Below, one piece after another: positions 27,840-38,086 of a stretch of DNA of 64,000 nt. The translations under genes and the position numbers were made by a program. The notes beneath the pieces are model-generated. The model was not told the DNA's origin. It made no database searches and was given only the letters and a program-made list of their open reading frames with translations. The stretch comes from Deltaproteobacteria bacterium (GTDB taxonomy: Bacteria; JAGRBM01; JAHCIT01). Within the stretch, counting starts at the first letter, position 1; each line of letters starts with the position of its first letter. The stretch lies in NCBI GenBank assembly GCA_026129095.1, contig JAHCIT010000004.1:248001-312000 (forward strand), in the 5' to 3' direction.

Positions 27840-28892
27840 TTACATCGGAACGTAGTACCGGTCCACGCCCTTGACCATCCTGCAGTCGATGGCGGCTTCG
27901 CGGAGCAGAAGGTCAACATAGCAGAACGCCACTGCCAGGGAGGAAATCAGCCGGTCCGGTCCCGGTTTCCCCGCGATTTCCCACGGGGTCAGTTCCTCGT
28001 CGATCAGCCGGGACATGAGGCGCTGGGCACTGCCGCGAAAATGATGGATTTCCTCGTCCAGTGCCCCGTCCGGGTTCGATATGGTCCCACCATGGCCGGG
28101 GAATACCACCTTTGGACCGAACTCCTTGAGCCGCTCCAGACCGTCCACCAGTTGCGGGCCGGCGGCCACATGGGAGCCGTTCGCACTTGCAGCCAGCAGC
28201 GGAGCCGGGAATACGTCCACGCCTACATTGTCTCCGGCGAATACCTCGCCACCATCGTCGTGAACGAGCACGATCGCACCGGGATGGTGTCCCGGCGCCT
28301 CTTCCACACGGAACGGAACACCCGCAAGGTCCAGCACGTCACCGCCATTGACCGCGTGAACTGCCGGTCCGGGCAGATCAGCCATCGTACGGCGGCGACG
28401 GTAGTCATCCAGTGCTTCGTCGACTCCTCCCTTGCCACCGCCGGGGACTCCCCACCTGAGCAGTTGCGACCGGAGCTGGCGAATCTCGCTATCCACCGCC
28501 TTCTGCACGGAAGGCAGCCATTTCGCATCGTACCGGCTTGTATAAACGGCAAGTTCCGGGAACCGGGCCTTCAGCACGCCAATGCCCCCCGCATGCTGCG
28601 GATGTCCATGCGTGATCACCAGCTTATGCAGGGCTTCCGGCGCCACAGAGGCCGCCTTGAGCAGCGCCAGTATTGCGGCGGCCGTCTCATCCCCTTCAGG
28701 CCCGGCGTCCACGAGCGCGCCTTCGCCGTCCTTCCCGCGGACAAGATGGACATTGGTATCCGGGCCAATGCGGAGCCTCCAGACCTCGAATGGCCCCGCA
28801 TTCCCCTCCCCATGATGGATACACTGGATATCCGCCGGCATCGGCTCCCCGAATACCCCAACTGGACTTTCCCGCCAAGACCTTTTTTGCAT
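27840..28892 (-). CDS. MBL-fold metallo-hydrolase with a divergent metal motif
   Basis: LVDAG, THGHPQHAGG, PGHHPG, AGD, PGHG. Start uncertain. Confidence 0.8.
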   Translation of the reverse strand: MQKRSWRESPVGVFGEPMPADIQCIHHGEGNAGPFEVWRLRIGPDTNVHLVRGKDGEGALVDAGPEGDETAAAILALLKAASVAPEALHKLVITHGHPQHAGGIGVLKARFPELAVYTSRYDAKWLPSVQKAVDSEIRQLRSQLLRWGVPGGGKGGVDEALDDYRRRRTMADLPGPAVHAVNGGDVLDLAGVPFRVEEAPGHHPGAIVLVHDDGGEVFAGDNVGVDVFPAPLLAASANGSHVAAGPQLVDGLERLKEFGPKVVFPGHGGTISNPDGALDEEIHHFRGSAQRLMSRLIDEELTPWEIAGKPGPDRLISSLAVAFCYVDLLLREAAIDCRMVKGVDRYYVPM

Positions 28893-28918
28893 GCCACTGG
28901 CAAGATACGCTTTTCCGC

Positions 28919-29707
28919 ATGGAACTTGGGATTAGCCGAAAAGTGGCGATTGTGACCGGCGCCAGCAAGGGGCTCGGCCGGGCCTGCGCCGAAGCCCTTG
29001 CCAGGGAAGGTGCGAGGCTCGTCATCAGCGCCCGCACGGCGCCGGATCTGGACCGCGTGGCCGGGGAGATCCACGGACGCACGGGGGCCGACATCGCCTA
29101 TTTCGCGGGCGACATGGGCGATCCTGCTACTGCAGACCGTCTGGTCAGGTTCACAGCCGAAAAATTCGGAGCAGTCGATATCCTTATCAACAATGCGGGC
29201 GGACCTTCGGCCCTTCCATTCAGCGAAACCGATGATGACGGGTACCGGGTTGCCCTGCAGCGGAACCTGCTTGGCAATATCCGGCTGATCCACGCGGCCA
29301 TCGGCCCCATGCGGAAACGGAAATGGGGGCGGGTGCTCTCCATCACCTCATTCGGCGGCCGGCAGCCGATCCCGAGCATGTACTATTCGAATACCGCCCG
29401 CGCTGCGATGCATGGCTTTTCCAAGACCCTCGCCCACGAAACCGCCGCTGACGGCATTACCGTCAACTGTGTCTGCCCCGGGTACATCCTCACCGACCGT
29501 CTCCGGGGGTTCATATCCATGATGGCCGGGCAAACCGGCATGACGCGGGAGGCCTACGAAGCCCAGACCCTCCGCGACGTGCCCGCCGGGCGCTTCGGTA
29601 CTCCTGAGGAATTCGCCAACGTCGTGGCTTTCCTCGCCTCCGAGCGGGCGGGCTACCTGACGGGCAGCCTCATCACCATTGACGGGGGGCTGGTAAAGGG
29701 GTTGTGA
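28919..29707 (+). CDS. SDR family oxidoreductase (3-oxoacyl-ACP reductase-like, atypical)
   Basis: TGASKGLG, NNAGGP, SNTARAA, PAGRFGTPEEFA, IDGG. Confidence 0.9.
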   Translation: MELGISRKVAIVTGASKGLGRACAEALAREGARLVISARTAPDLDRVAGEIHGRTGADIAYFAGDMGDPATADRLVRFTAEKFGAVDILINNAGGPSALPFSETDDDGYRVALQRNLLGNIRLIHAAIGPMRKRKWGRVLSITSFGGRQPIPSMYYSNTARAAMHGFSKTLAHETAADGITVNCVCPGYILTDRLRGFISMMAGQTGMTREAYEAQTLRDVPAGRFGTPEEFANVVAFLASERAGYLTGSLITIDGGLVKGL

Positions 29708-29814
29708 CGGCCAGACCGCTCATTTCTGCCCAACCTGTCGGTTGTCATAAAACTCCTGCTAGGCAGACCCTATTATCCAGAATGCGTGCGTGTATGCTTT
29801 CCTGAGGTGTTTTT

Positions 29815-30324
29815 ATGACCGAACTCCCTTTGCATCCTGCCATTGTCCACATTCCCATCGGCATCGCCCTTGCGCTCCCGGTCGTCGCCGGCGCAGCACT
29901 GGCGGGCATCTGGCTCAAGAAGTTCGAACCGAGGACCTGGTACCTGATTTTGCTCCTCCAGCTCATCCTGCTGGCTGGAGGTGGGCTCTCCATGAATACC
30001 GGCGAGGACGAGGAGCACAAGGTGGAGGCGATCGTCGCGGAAGAACTTATCGAATCCCATGAAGAGACAGCCAAGCTGTTCATGCTGATATCGGCACTGG
30101 GGACTATCGGCAGCCTGGGAGCCATCGTGGCGATGCGGTCGAATGAAAAGACCGGGCGGTACATCATGGCGGGAACCACCGCCGTGCTGGTTGCGGCTGC
30201 TGGCATGGCTCTGGCCACCGGCCACGAGGGCGGCGAGCTGGTATACCGGCACGGTGCGGCAGGAGCCTACACGGCACCGGCCAGCGCGCCCGCCGGCCAG
30301 CCGCGTGGAGAACGGGACGACTAG
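29815..30324 (+). CDS. DUF2231-like membrane protein with conserved histidines
   Basis: PLHPAIVHIPI, ESHE, TGHEGGELVYRHG; four TM segments; GAGGT RBS. Confidence 0.75.
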   Translation: MTELPLHPAIVHIPIGIALALPVVAGAALAGIWLKKFEPRTWYLILLLQLILLAGGGLSMNTGEDEEHKVEAIVAEELIESHEETAKLFMLISALGTIGSLGAIVAMRSNEKTGRYIMAGTTAVLVAAAGMALATGHEGGELVYRHGAAGAYTAPASAPAGQPRGERDD

Positions 30325-31526
30325 AACCGGACCCAGTTCACCTTCGGCGGATTCCTGGCGATCTGCCTGAAAAAGTTCCGGGCGATCACCATCCGGTGCA
30401 CTTCCGAGGGGCCGTCATAGATGCGGAAGGCCCTGCCCTCGCGGAAGAACCGCTCCACCGGCGTATCTCCGGAATAGCCGAGCCCTCCCATCACCTGGAC
30501 GGCGCGATCAAAAACGCGGTTGACCGCCTCGGACGCGTACAGCTTCGCCATCGACGTCTCTTCGCGGGCCTCGCTCCCCTGGTCCAGCAGCCAGGCGGCA
30601 TGCAGCGTAACAAGTTTCGCCGTGTGGAGATCCATCACCGAATCGGCCACCGACCACTGGGTATTCTGGTGGTCCGCGAGCTTCACCTTGAACGCCTCGC
30701 GTTCGAGAGCACGGTGAGCCATCAGGTCGAGGGCCCGTTCCGCGGCACCGATCCAGCGCATGCAGTGGGTAAGCCGTGCCGGCCCCAGCCGCACCTGCAT
30801 CAGCTTGAAGCCCTCTCCCTCCTTGCCCAGCATCGCCGACTGCGGCACGCGGACATTCTCGATCACCATCTCGCAGTGCCCGCCCGGCCCGTGGGTACCG
30901 AGTACCGGCACCATGCGCTTGACGGTAAAGCCGGGCGTGTTCATCGGCACCAGGAAAAGCGAAACCCCCTCATGTGCCTTCACCTTCGGATTGGTCACCG
31001 CCGCAAAGATGCAGAAACCCGCGCCCATGGCGCCCGTCGTGAACCACTTGTGGCCGTTCAGTACCCATTCGTCGCCGTCCCGGACGGCGGTGGACTTCAC
31101 CATGCTGGCATCGGCACCGACACCCTGTGCCGGTTCGGTCATGCCGAAACAGGAACGGAACTTCCCCTCGACCAGCGGCCGGAGATACCTGCCCTTCTGC
31201 TCGTCATTCGCCGTCTTCCAGAGCAGATGCATGTTGCCCTCGTCCGGCGCCGCGCAGTTCAGGGCCACGGGTCCGAGGAGCGAGCGTCCTGCCGCCATGA
31301 ACACGGCGGCCGTTTCCACATGTGACAATCCCTGCCCGCCCAGTTCCACTGGCAGGTGCGGCGTGTAGATGCCCCAGTCGCGGGCCTTCTGCCGCATCTC
31401 GGAAATCAGCTCGTCGGGCAGATGGTCCGAATCCTCCCGCCCTTCATACGGGATCACCACCTCGTCAATGAACCTTCGGACCGTGGCGGAGAGATCCTCA
31501 GCGCGCTTGGACATGGTGAAATCCAT
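30321..31526 (-). CDS. Acyl-CoA dehydrogenase
   Basis: NCAAPDEGNM, FGMTEP, LNGHKWFTTG, RLGPARLTHCMRWIG, RIYDGPSEVH. Confidence 0.95.
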   Translation of the reverse strand: MDFTMSKRAEDLSATVRRFIDEVVIPYEGREDSDHLPDELISEMRQKARDWGIYTPHLPVELGGQGLSHVETAAVFMAAGRSLLGPVALNCAAPDEGNMHLLWKTANDEQKGRYLRPLVEGKFRSCFGMTEPAQGVGADASMVKSTAVRDGDEWVLNGHKWFTTGAMGAGFCIFAAVTNPKVKAHEGVSLFLVPMNTPGFTVKRMVPVLGTHGPGGHCEMVIENVRVPQSAMLGKEGEGFKLMQVRLGPARLTHCMRWIGAAERALDLMAHRALEREAFKVKLADHQNTQWSVADSVMDLHTAKLVTLHAAWLLDQGSEAREETSMAKLYASEAVNRVFDRAVQVMGGLGYSGDTPVERFFREGRAFRIYDGPSEVHRMVIARNFFRQIARNPPKVNWVRF

Positions 31527-31640
31527 CTGTTTTGCCTCCCTGCCGCAGCAGGCCCGGTATCGCCAGGCCGCCGGCGGCGCCAGTTTGAATGGATACAGCC
31601 GGAAAAGGGAAGGGAAACCGGAATGATCCGGCCACGAAGA

Positions 31641-33026
31641 TCAGTCCGCAATCGGAATCCGGATAGTAGCTATGGTCCCCTCGCCCGCCGTGCTCCTGAT
31701 ATCAATGCTGCCGCCGATACGCGACAGCATGACGTGGGTGATGTACAGGCCGAGCCCCACGCTGTGCCCCTCACCTGATTTTTCTCCGGTTGTAAACGGC
31801 TTGAACACATGTGGAAGCAGGTCGGCAGATATGCCCCTGCCACGGTCGGAAACCGTGCAGATGAGATCGCCACCAATCCGTTCGAGGCGGAGTGACGGCG
31901 GGATGGAACTCCCTGACCGTGCCGCATTGTCCACAACGGCAAGGAGGATTTTCGTCAGGTACCGCTGTGGCACCAGAAGCCCCGACAGCGGCTTCAACCC
32001 TTCGATCTGGAGCTGCGGGAAGGCTCCCTGCACTACACCCATAACCGTCGCCAAAGCGGCCCGGTCCTCGACAGCCGCCAGTTCATCTGACAGTTCGTAC
32101 ATCCGGTTCACGATGAGCGATGCACGCTCCTGCCCCCGGAACGACATGGACAGTGCCTGCAAGGCGGCCGACTTTTCGGCCGCTGCCAGCGAGGGCGACT
32201 GCCCGATGTCTTCCTTCAACATCTGGAGGATAGAGAAGCTGGACCCCAGCGGATTCCGGAGTTCATGGGCGGCGCCGTGAACCAGCGAGCCGAGGGACGC
32301 GAGAGCTTCGGACCGGACGAGCTGGTCCTGTGTGGACTTCAGTTCGGCATGAGCCTTGGAAAGGTCGTCATAGGCCGATGCGAGCGCCCGTTCACTGGAC
32401 CGGAGACGTGCGAACAGTGCCGAGGTCAACCCTACGATGAGCATCGCCAGGAAAAGCCCCAGGGCGAGCCGCTGCTGTTCCCATAAAGCCGACAGGCGTC
32501 CGTCCACTACAGGCGGGCTTTCCATCAGGGGTGCGTAAGGCATCCAACCCGCGGTCATGGAAACCGTTGCAGCCGTAATCATCAGGAGCCCCGCACCGGT
32601 CCCCGCAATTACAGGCCTCGGCTCGAAGTAGAGGAAGGCGAGAATCACCCCGCCGATCAGCTGGACCCAGGCGAGATTGTCGTCCGGGCCGAAGAACCAC
32701 GCCCCCACCGTGTTGGCCAGCGCGTAGTAGATGACTGTCACATAGACGAGCAGGAACAGTTCCGGCCGCGTCTTGCGTACGGCCAGCGCGATAGCGGCAA
32801 TGACGGCCCACCCTGCGATGAGTCCCTTCACCGTGCGGATGAAAACCGGCAGAACATCCCGGTTCACGAACGGCAACAGTCCGGGGTCAGCCTCGACCTG
32901 GTAAAGATAGTTCAGATTACCGGCCGTGATGACGCCGCAGATACCAGCGGCGAAGAGACACTTGTCCGCATTGCTCCAGTGGATGGAGCGTGCGAAAAAA
33001 TCGCGTATCCGGCGAAGCACAGACAT
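31641..33026 (-). CDS. Multi-TM sensor histidine kinase (no cognate regulator adjacent)
   Basis: Hydrophobic N-terminal half, coiled coil, AHELRNPL, DNA, DRGRGI, FKPF, GLGL. Confidence 0.9.
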   Translation of the reverse strand: MSVLRRIRDFFARSIHWSNADKCLFAAGICGVITAGNLNYLYQVEADPGLLPFVNRDVLPVFIRTVKGLIAGWAVIAAIALAVRKTRPELFLLVYVTVIYYALANTVGAWFFGPDDNLAWVQLIGGVILAFLYFEPRPVIAGTGAGLLMITAATVSMTAGWMPYAPLMESPPVVDGRLSALWEQQRLALGLFLAMLIVGLTSALFARLRSSERALASAYDDLSKAHAELKSTQDQLVRSEALASLGSLVHGAAHELRNPLGSSFSILQMLKEDIGQSPSLAAAEKSAALQALSMSFRGQERASLIVNRMYELSDELAAVEDRAALATVMGVVQGAFPQLQIEGLKPLSGLLVPQRYLTKILLAVVDNAARSGSSIPPSLRLERIGGDLICTVSDRGRGISADLLPHVFKPFTTGEKSGEGHSVGLGLYITHVMLSRIGGSIDIRSTAGEGTIATIRIPIAD

Positions 33027-33089
33027 GGAACGGAAACCCTATCCCGGCGTCTCGACAATTACCCGTTGCATCGCATAAAACTGCCGGGC

Positions 33090-33133
33090 AAGAAAAGAAC
33101 CCGGCCCTGGTTCATGATGAACCAGAGCCGGGT
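33090..33133 (-). terminator. Intrinsic terminator-like hairpin on the minus strand
   Basis: Inverted repeat 33099-33115 / 33117-33133. Its single mismatch is a G-U pair only on the minus strand, where it is followed by UCUUUUCUU. Confidence 0.75.
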
Positions 33134-33185
33134 CGGGGAAGGGGAGGGAACTAGGTGATACCAAGATGACAGATTCACCTGAACC
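33090..33185 (-). ncRNA. Candidate small RNA or attenuator leader
   Basis: Stem AGGUGA/UCACCU, unpaired UUCCCUCCCCUUCCCC tract, then the terminator; no ORF ends at the terminator. The 5' end is unknown. Confidence 0.45.
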
Positions 33186-33297
33186 CCCTCTTAAGGCCGT
33201 GTTAATTGAACTTCATTTCCCCAATAAAATCCGTGATTTCTGATACGTTTGATTCCGCGAGGCCGGCTGGAAGGCCGCTTTTGGGAGCGAAAACCCC

Positions 33298-34227
33298 GTG
33301 AAATCCAACGTCAGAATAGGCACCCGGGGATCGAAGCTAGCGCTGTGGCAGGCGAACCATCTGGCTGACCTTTTGCGTCAAAAGCATCCTGGAATCGAAA
33401 TTGAACTGGAAACGATCAAAACCACCGGAGACCGGGTTCTGGATCGTCCACTGGCGGAGATCGGTGGAAAAGGCCTGTTCGTGAAAGAGATCGAGGATGC
33501 CCTGCTCTCCGGCCGCATTGATCTCGCCATCCATTCGCTCAAGGACGTGCCAGCCGAACTTCCGCCGGGGCTGGGTCTGGTCACGTTTCTCCCGCGCGAG
33601 GATCCACGCGATGCCCTTTGCGTCCGGGGCCGGAAAAATCTCGCGGAACTTCCTGAAGGGGCACATGTGGGGACATCGAGCCTCCGGCGGCAGGTTCAGC
33701 TCAAGCGGGCGCGCCCTGACCTCAGGATTTCCCCGCTTCGGGGAAATGTTGATACCCGGCTTCGCAAGCTGGACGATGGCGAATACGACGCGATCATACT
33801 GGCAGCGGCCGGGCTGAAGCGGCTCGGCCTCGACGGCCAGATCGGCGAGCTCGTCAGTACGGAAACCATGATTCCGGCCGTCGGTCAGGGAATTCTTGCC
33901 ATCGAAGCCCGCCTCGAAGACATGGAGACGCGCCATCTGCTCGGTCCGCTGAACGACAGCGAGGCCTCCAAGGCCGCCCGTTGTGAACGGGCCCTGCTTG
34001 CCGGGATGGGAGGCTCCTGCTGGCTGCCGATGGGAGCCCATGCCCGGCAGGCCGCCGGTGGTCTTTTGCTCACGGCGTTCGTCTCGTCTATCGACGGAAG
34101 CTGCTTCCTCCGGCATGATGCGACCGGAACAGACCCTGTCCATCTCGGTACCGAAACAGCCGAATGGCTGATCGGGAACGGCGGCAGGCAGCTCTTGAAG
34201 GATATCCAGGACCGGCATGGGAACTGA
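33298..34227 (+). CDS. hemC: Hydroxymethylbilane synthase
   Basis: IGTRGSKLALWQ, GGKGLFVKEIE, HSLKDVP, GTSSLRR, LRGNVDTRL. Confidence 0.97.
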   Translation: MKSNVRIGTRGSKLALWQANHLADLLRQKHPGIEIELETIKTTGDRVLDRPLAEIGGKGLFVKEIEDALLSGRIDLAIHSLKDVPAELPPGLGLVTFLPREDPRDALCVRGRKNLAELPEGAHVGTSSLRRQVQLKRARPDLRISPLRGNVDTRLRKLDDGEYDAIILAAAGLKRLGLDGQIGELVSTETMIPAVGQGILAIEARLEDMETRHLLGPLNDSEASKAARCERALLAGMGGSCWLPMGAHARQAAGGLLLTAFVSSIDGSCFLRHDATGTDPVHLGTETAEWLIGNGGRQLLKDIQDRHGN

Positions 34228-35752
34228 CGGCATAACCGGAATCGTATATCTCGTCGGCGCGGGGCCGGGGGATCCGGAACTCCTGACGCTCAAGGGCAGA
34301 AGGCTGCTCGGCGAGGCCGATATCGTCTTTTATGACTATCTCGCCAATCCCGAACTGCTCACGCATGTCCGGCCCGGAGTCCGGACCGTTTTCGTCGGGA
34401 AAAAAGGCGGCACCGACTATATCCAGCAGGACGAGATCAACCGGCTGATCGTCGAGGCGGCCAGGGCCGGCCAGAAGGTCGTGCGGCTCAAGGGCGGCGA
34501 CCCGCTGGTCTTCGGACGCGGCGGCGAGGAGGCGGAAGAACTTGCCGCCGCCGGGATTCCGTTCGAGTTCGTTCCGGGCATCACCAGCGCCATCGCCGCT
34601 CCGACCTATGCCGGGATTCCCCTCACTCACCGGGATTTCACGGCCACGGTCACTTTCGCCACCGGAAACGAAAAGGAAGGCAAGGAAGGCTCCCTGCTGC
34701 CGTGGGAAAAACTCGCCGCACCGGATTCCACGCTCGTCATCCTGATGGGCGTCAAGCAGCTTGCCAGCAACGTCGAACAGCTCATCCGTCACGGCCGTGC
34801 GCCACATACCCCGGCGGCACTTGTGCAGTGGGGCACCTGGAACCGCCAGCGAAGCGTCACCGGCACGCTGAACGACATCGAACTGAAGGCAAGGGAGGCG
34901 GGCATCGAGGCCCCCGCCGTATTCATCGTCGGCGAAGTGGTCGCCCTCCGCGACAAGCTGAACTGGTTTGAAACCCGCCCCCTGTTCGGCAAGCGCGTGC
35001 TCGTCACCCGTGCCCGCAAGCAGGCCAGCGAATTCGCCCGCGGCCTCAGGGAACTGGGCGCCGACGTGCGCGAGACCCCGGCCATCGAAATCGCCGATCC
35101 CGAAAGCTGGGGGCCCTTCGATAATGCCGTGAAATCCATCGAGCGCGACACCTGGCTGGTGTTCACCAGCGCCAACGGTGCCGAGAAAACCGTCGAACGG
35201 CTCCGGGCAACCGGTCATGACATCCGTGCGCTCAAGGGCCCCCGTGTGGTGGCCATTGGGCCAGCGACGGCCGCCGCCTGCGAAGCCGCCGGACTCAAGG
35301 TGGACGCCGTGCCGGGCGAATTCGTCGCCGAGGGCGTGGTGAAGTTCTTCGAGACCCAGGATGTCAAAGGCCGGCGCATCTCGGTCTTTCGCGCAGCCGA
35401 GGCCCGCGAGGTGCTTCCCGATGCGTTGAGGCAGATGGGCGCGGACGTGAACGTCGTACCGGTATACCGCACGGTTCAGCCGGCTGCCGGCGGCGAGGAA
35501 CTGGCCGCCGAACTCCTGTCCGGCGCCATCGACCTGGTGACATTCACCAGCTCTTCCACGGTGACAAACTTCATCAGGCTCATTGGCGAACCCGCGGCCC
35601 GAAAGCTGCCGCCACCGGTGAAAATTGCCACCATCGGCCCGATCACCGCCGAGACCGCCCGCAAGGCGGGATTCCGTGTCGATATCGAGCCGCCGGACTT
35701 TCACATCCCGTCATTTCTCAAGGCTATCGGGCAATACTACGCTCGCCGCTGA
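34217..35752 (+). CDS. cobA-hemD: Fused uroporphyrinogen-III C-methyltransferase / uroporphyrinogen-III synthase
   Basis: VGAGPGDPELLT, RLKGGDPLVFGRGGEE, then PLFGKRVLVTR, FTSANG, FTSSSTV, IGPITA. Confidence 0.95.
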   Translation: MGTDGITGIVYLVGAGPGDPELLTLKGRRLLGEADIVFYDYLANPELLTHVRPGVRTVFVGKKGGTDYIQQDEINRLIVEAARAGQKVVRLKGGDPLVFGRGGEEAEELAAAGIPFEFVPGITSAIAAPTYAGIPLTHRDFTATVTFATGNEKEGKEGSLLPWEKLAAPDSTLVILMGVKQLASNVEQLIRHGRAPHTPAALVQWGTWNRQRSVTGTLNDIELKAREAGIEAPAVFIVGEVVALRDKLNWFETRPLFGKRVLVTRARKQASEFARGLRELGADVRETPAIEIADPESWGPFDNAVKSIERDTWLVFTSANGAEKTVERLRATGHDIRALKGPRVVAIGPATAAACEAAGLKVDAVPGEFVAEGVVKFFETQDVKGRRISVFRAAEAREVLPDALRQMGADVNVVPVYRTVQPAAGGEELAAELLSGAIDLVTFTSSSTVTNFIRLIGEPAARKLPPPVKIATIGPITAETARKAGFRVDIEPPDFHIPSFLKAIGQYYARR

Positions 35753-36687
35753 TGCCCTCCATCTGGTATTTCGGAACACCCGGTTTCGCTGTCCCGCCGC
35801 TCCAGGCGCTGCTGGAACACGGCGAAAAGGTGTCACTGGTCGTCACGCAACCAGACCGTCCGGCGGGCCGCAGGGAAGAACTGAAGGCCCCGGAAGTGAA
35901 GCAGTTCGCGCTCGCCCATGCCCTGCCCGTATTCCAGCCGGAACGGGTCCGGGCACCCGAGGCAATCTCCAGGTTCCAGGCCGAGGCGGAAAAGGACTGG
36001 CCGGAACTGGCGGTCGTCACCGCCTTCGGACAGATCATCCCCAAGACGCTTCTTGCTATACCCCGGCGTGGTTTCTGGAATATTCACGCCTCTCTGCTCC
36101 CCAGGCTCCGTGGTGCATCGCCGATACAGGGAGCGATTCTGGAGGGCATGGGCGAAACCGGTGTCACCATCATGCAGATGGATGAGGGACTGGATACGGG
36201 AGATATCCTGCTCACCCGGACCTGCCCCATTGGGCCGGACGAGACAGCCGGTGAACTCCACGACAGGCTGGCCCCACTGGGAGCGGAGGCCCTCATCGCC
36301 GCGCTTGATCTTGCCCGGCAAGGCAGGTTGACGCCCCGGAAGCAGGACGATTCCCTCTCCACCCATGCGCCCAAGCTGGACCGGGCCTCGGGGCAGATCG
36401 ACTGGTCCCATCCGGCCAGACGCATCGTGGACCAGATCCGGGCGCTGAACCCGTGGCCCTCGGCACAAACCACGCTGGAACAGGAACGGATCAAGATTCA
36501 CCGGGCGCAGGCGGTGCCGGGATCCGGAGCCGCCGGCACGATCATCAGCTACGAACCTCTTGTCGTGGCCAGTGGCGAGGGAGCCGTGGAAATCCTCGAA
36601 CTCCAGCGGGAAGGGAAAAAACCGCTGGGCGCACACGATTTCGTCCGGGGGCTGCGCCTCAAACCCGGCGCCCGGTTCGGCAGATGA
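35752..36687 (+). CDS. fmt: Methionyl-tRNA formyltransferase
   Basis: FGTPGFA, VVTQPDRPAGR, NIHASLLP, GVTIMQMDEGLDTG. Confidence 0.96.
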   Translation: MPSIWYFGTPGFAVPPLQALLEHGEKVSLVVTQPDRPAGRREELKAPEVKQFALAHALPVFQPERVRAPEAISRFQAEAEKDWPELAVVTAFGQIIPKTLLAIPRRGFWNIHASLLPRLRGASPIQGAILEGMGETGVTIMQMDEGLDTGDILLTRTCPIGPDETAGELHDRLAPLGAEALIAALDLARQGRLTPRKQDDSLSTHAPKLDRASGQIDWSHPARRIVDQIRALNPWPSAQTTLEQERIKIHRAQAVPGSGAAGTIISYEPLVVASGEGAVEILELQREGKKPLGAHDFVRGLRLKPGARFGR

Positions 36688-38078
36688 AACCACCGGCGCG
36701 CCCCCGGGGGCAGCATTCAACGAACCTGAAGCCGTCACGCCTGTCTCCCCGGCAAGCCGCGCTCGAAACCCTGCTTGAGGTGGGACGCGGCGCTCATCTG
36801 GATGCTGCCCTGGATGCCCGCCTCCGGCAGATCGAACGGCCCGAGGACCGGGGGCTCGCCACCACCATCGCCTATGGAACGCTCCGGTGGCGGGGGCAGA
36901 TTGATCCAGTGCTGGCCGGGCTTTCTTCCCGGCCGATTGACACTCTGGACAGGCGGCTACTGGAAGCGGCGCGCATCGGACTGTTCCAGCTCATGTACCT
37001 CAGCCGGGTTCCCCACCACGCCGCCGTGGCCGAAACGGTCGCGCTGATTCCCGAACAGCATCTTCGCAACTTCGCCAACGGCGTCCTGCGGGAAGCCGCC
37101 CGCCGGGTCGAAAAGGGCGATCTCCGGTATTCGGACACCAGTTCGCCGGAAACACTGGCCCGCACGGCGAGCCTGCCCCTCTGGTATGTGCGTCGGTTAT
37201 GGCACCGGCTGGGTCCAGAGGCTGCCGTGCGGGCAGCAGAGGCCCTGAACCAGACGCCACCGGTATTTCTCCGGATCAATACCCTGAAAATCACCCGTGA
37301 GGGCCTGCTCGACCGTCTTCGCGTGGTAGGAACCGAACCTGCTGCGTGTGCATTTTCACCAGCCGGGATCGAGCTCAACGGGGCGCGCGCCATCACCGAC
37401 CAGATCACTGGCGGCGGCTTTGCCTTCATTCAGGACGAGGCGAGCCAGATGGTCCCCCTTCTGGTGGACCCCAAACCGGGAGAGAAAATCCTGGATCTGT
37501 GCGCCGCGCCCGGCGGCAAGACGCTGGGCCTTGCGCTCCTTTCCGGAGGCAAGGCGGAGATTACCGCCGTGGACCGTTCGGCACCCCGGCTGAAACGGAT
37601 CGACACACTGGCCCGGTCGCTCGCCATACCCGGCATCAGGACCATGCAGGCAGATGTCTCAGCACCGGTGCCCGGACTCGCCCCGCAGTCATTCGACCGG
37701 GTACTCGTGGACCCGCCCTGCTCGGCTATGGGCACGCTGCACAGAAACCCCGATGCCCGCTGGACCCGGCGCGAGGAAGACCTGCCGCTCTATGCCGCCA
37801 CGCAACGGAAAATCCTTGAACAGGGATGGAACCTCCTGAAGCCGGGCGGGCGGCTTGTCTACTCGGTCTGCACGGTCGAACCGGAAGAAACGACCGGCGT
37901 TACCGGCGCATTTCTCGCTGCACATGCGGATGCACGCCCTGTTCCGGTCACGCGTGCGGCTGCCGGGCTTGCGGCCGAAACCGCCGCCAGAATCTCCACA
38001 CGGGAGGGCCACTTCCGGATGACCCCGTGGGACCACCGTACCGACGGTTTCTTTGCGGCAGTCCTGGGAAAGGACTAG
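36684..38078 (+). CDS. rsmB: 16S rRNA m5C967 methyltransferase (Sun)
   Basis: NusB-like N-terminus (FANGVLR), IQDEASQ, DLCAAPGGKT, DPPCS, YSVCT, DGFF; follows fmt. Confidence 0.93.
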   Translation: MKPPARPRGQHSTNLKPSRLSPRQAALETLLEVGRGAHLDAALDARLRQIERPEDRGLATTIAYGTLRWRGQIDPVLAGLSSRPIDTLDRRLLEAARIGLFQLMYLSRVPHHAAVAETVALIPEQHLRNFANGVLREAARRVEKGDLRYSDTSSPETLARTASLPLWYVRRLWHRLGPEAAVRAAEALNQTPPVFLRINTLKITREGLLDRLRVVGTEPAACAFSPAGIELNGARAITDQITGGGFAFIQDEASQMVPLLVDPKPGEKILDLCAAPGGKTLGLALLSGGKAEITAVDRSAPRLKRIDTLARSLAIPGIRTMQADVSAPVPGLAPQSFDRVLVDPPCSAMGTLHRNPDARWTRREEDLPLYAATQRKILEQGWNLLKPGGRLVYSVCTVEPEETTGVTGAFLAAHADARPVPVTRAAAGLAAETAARISTREGHFRMTPWDHRTDGFFAAVLGKD

Positions 38079-38086
38079 CGTTGGCC

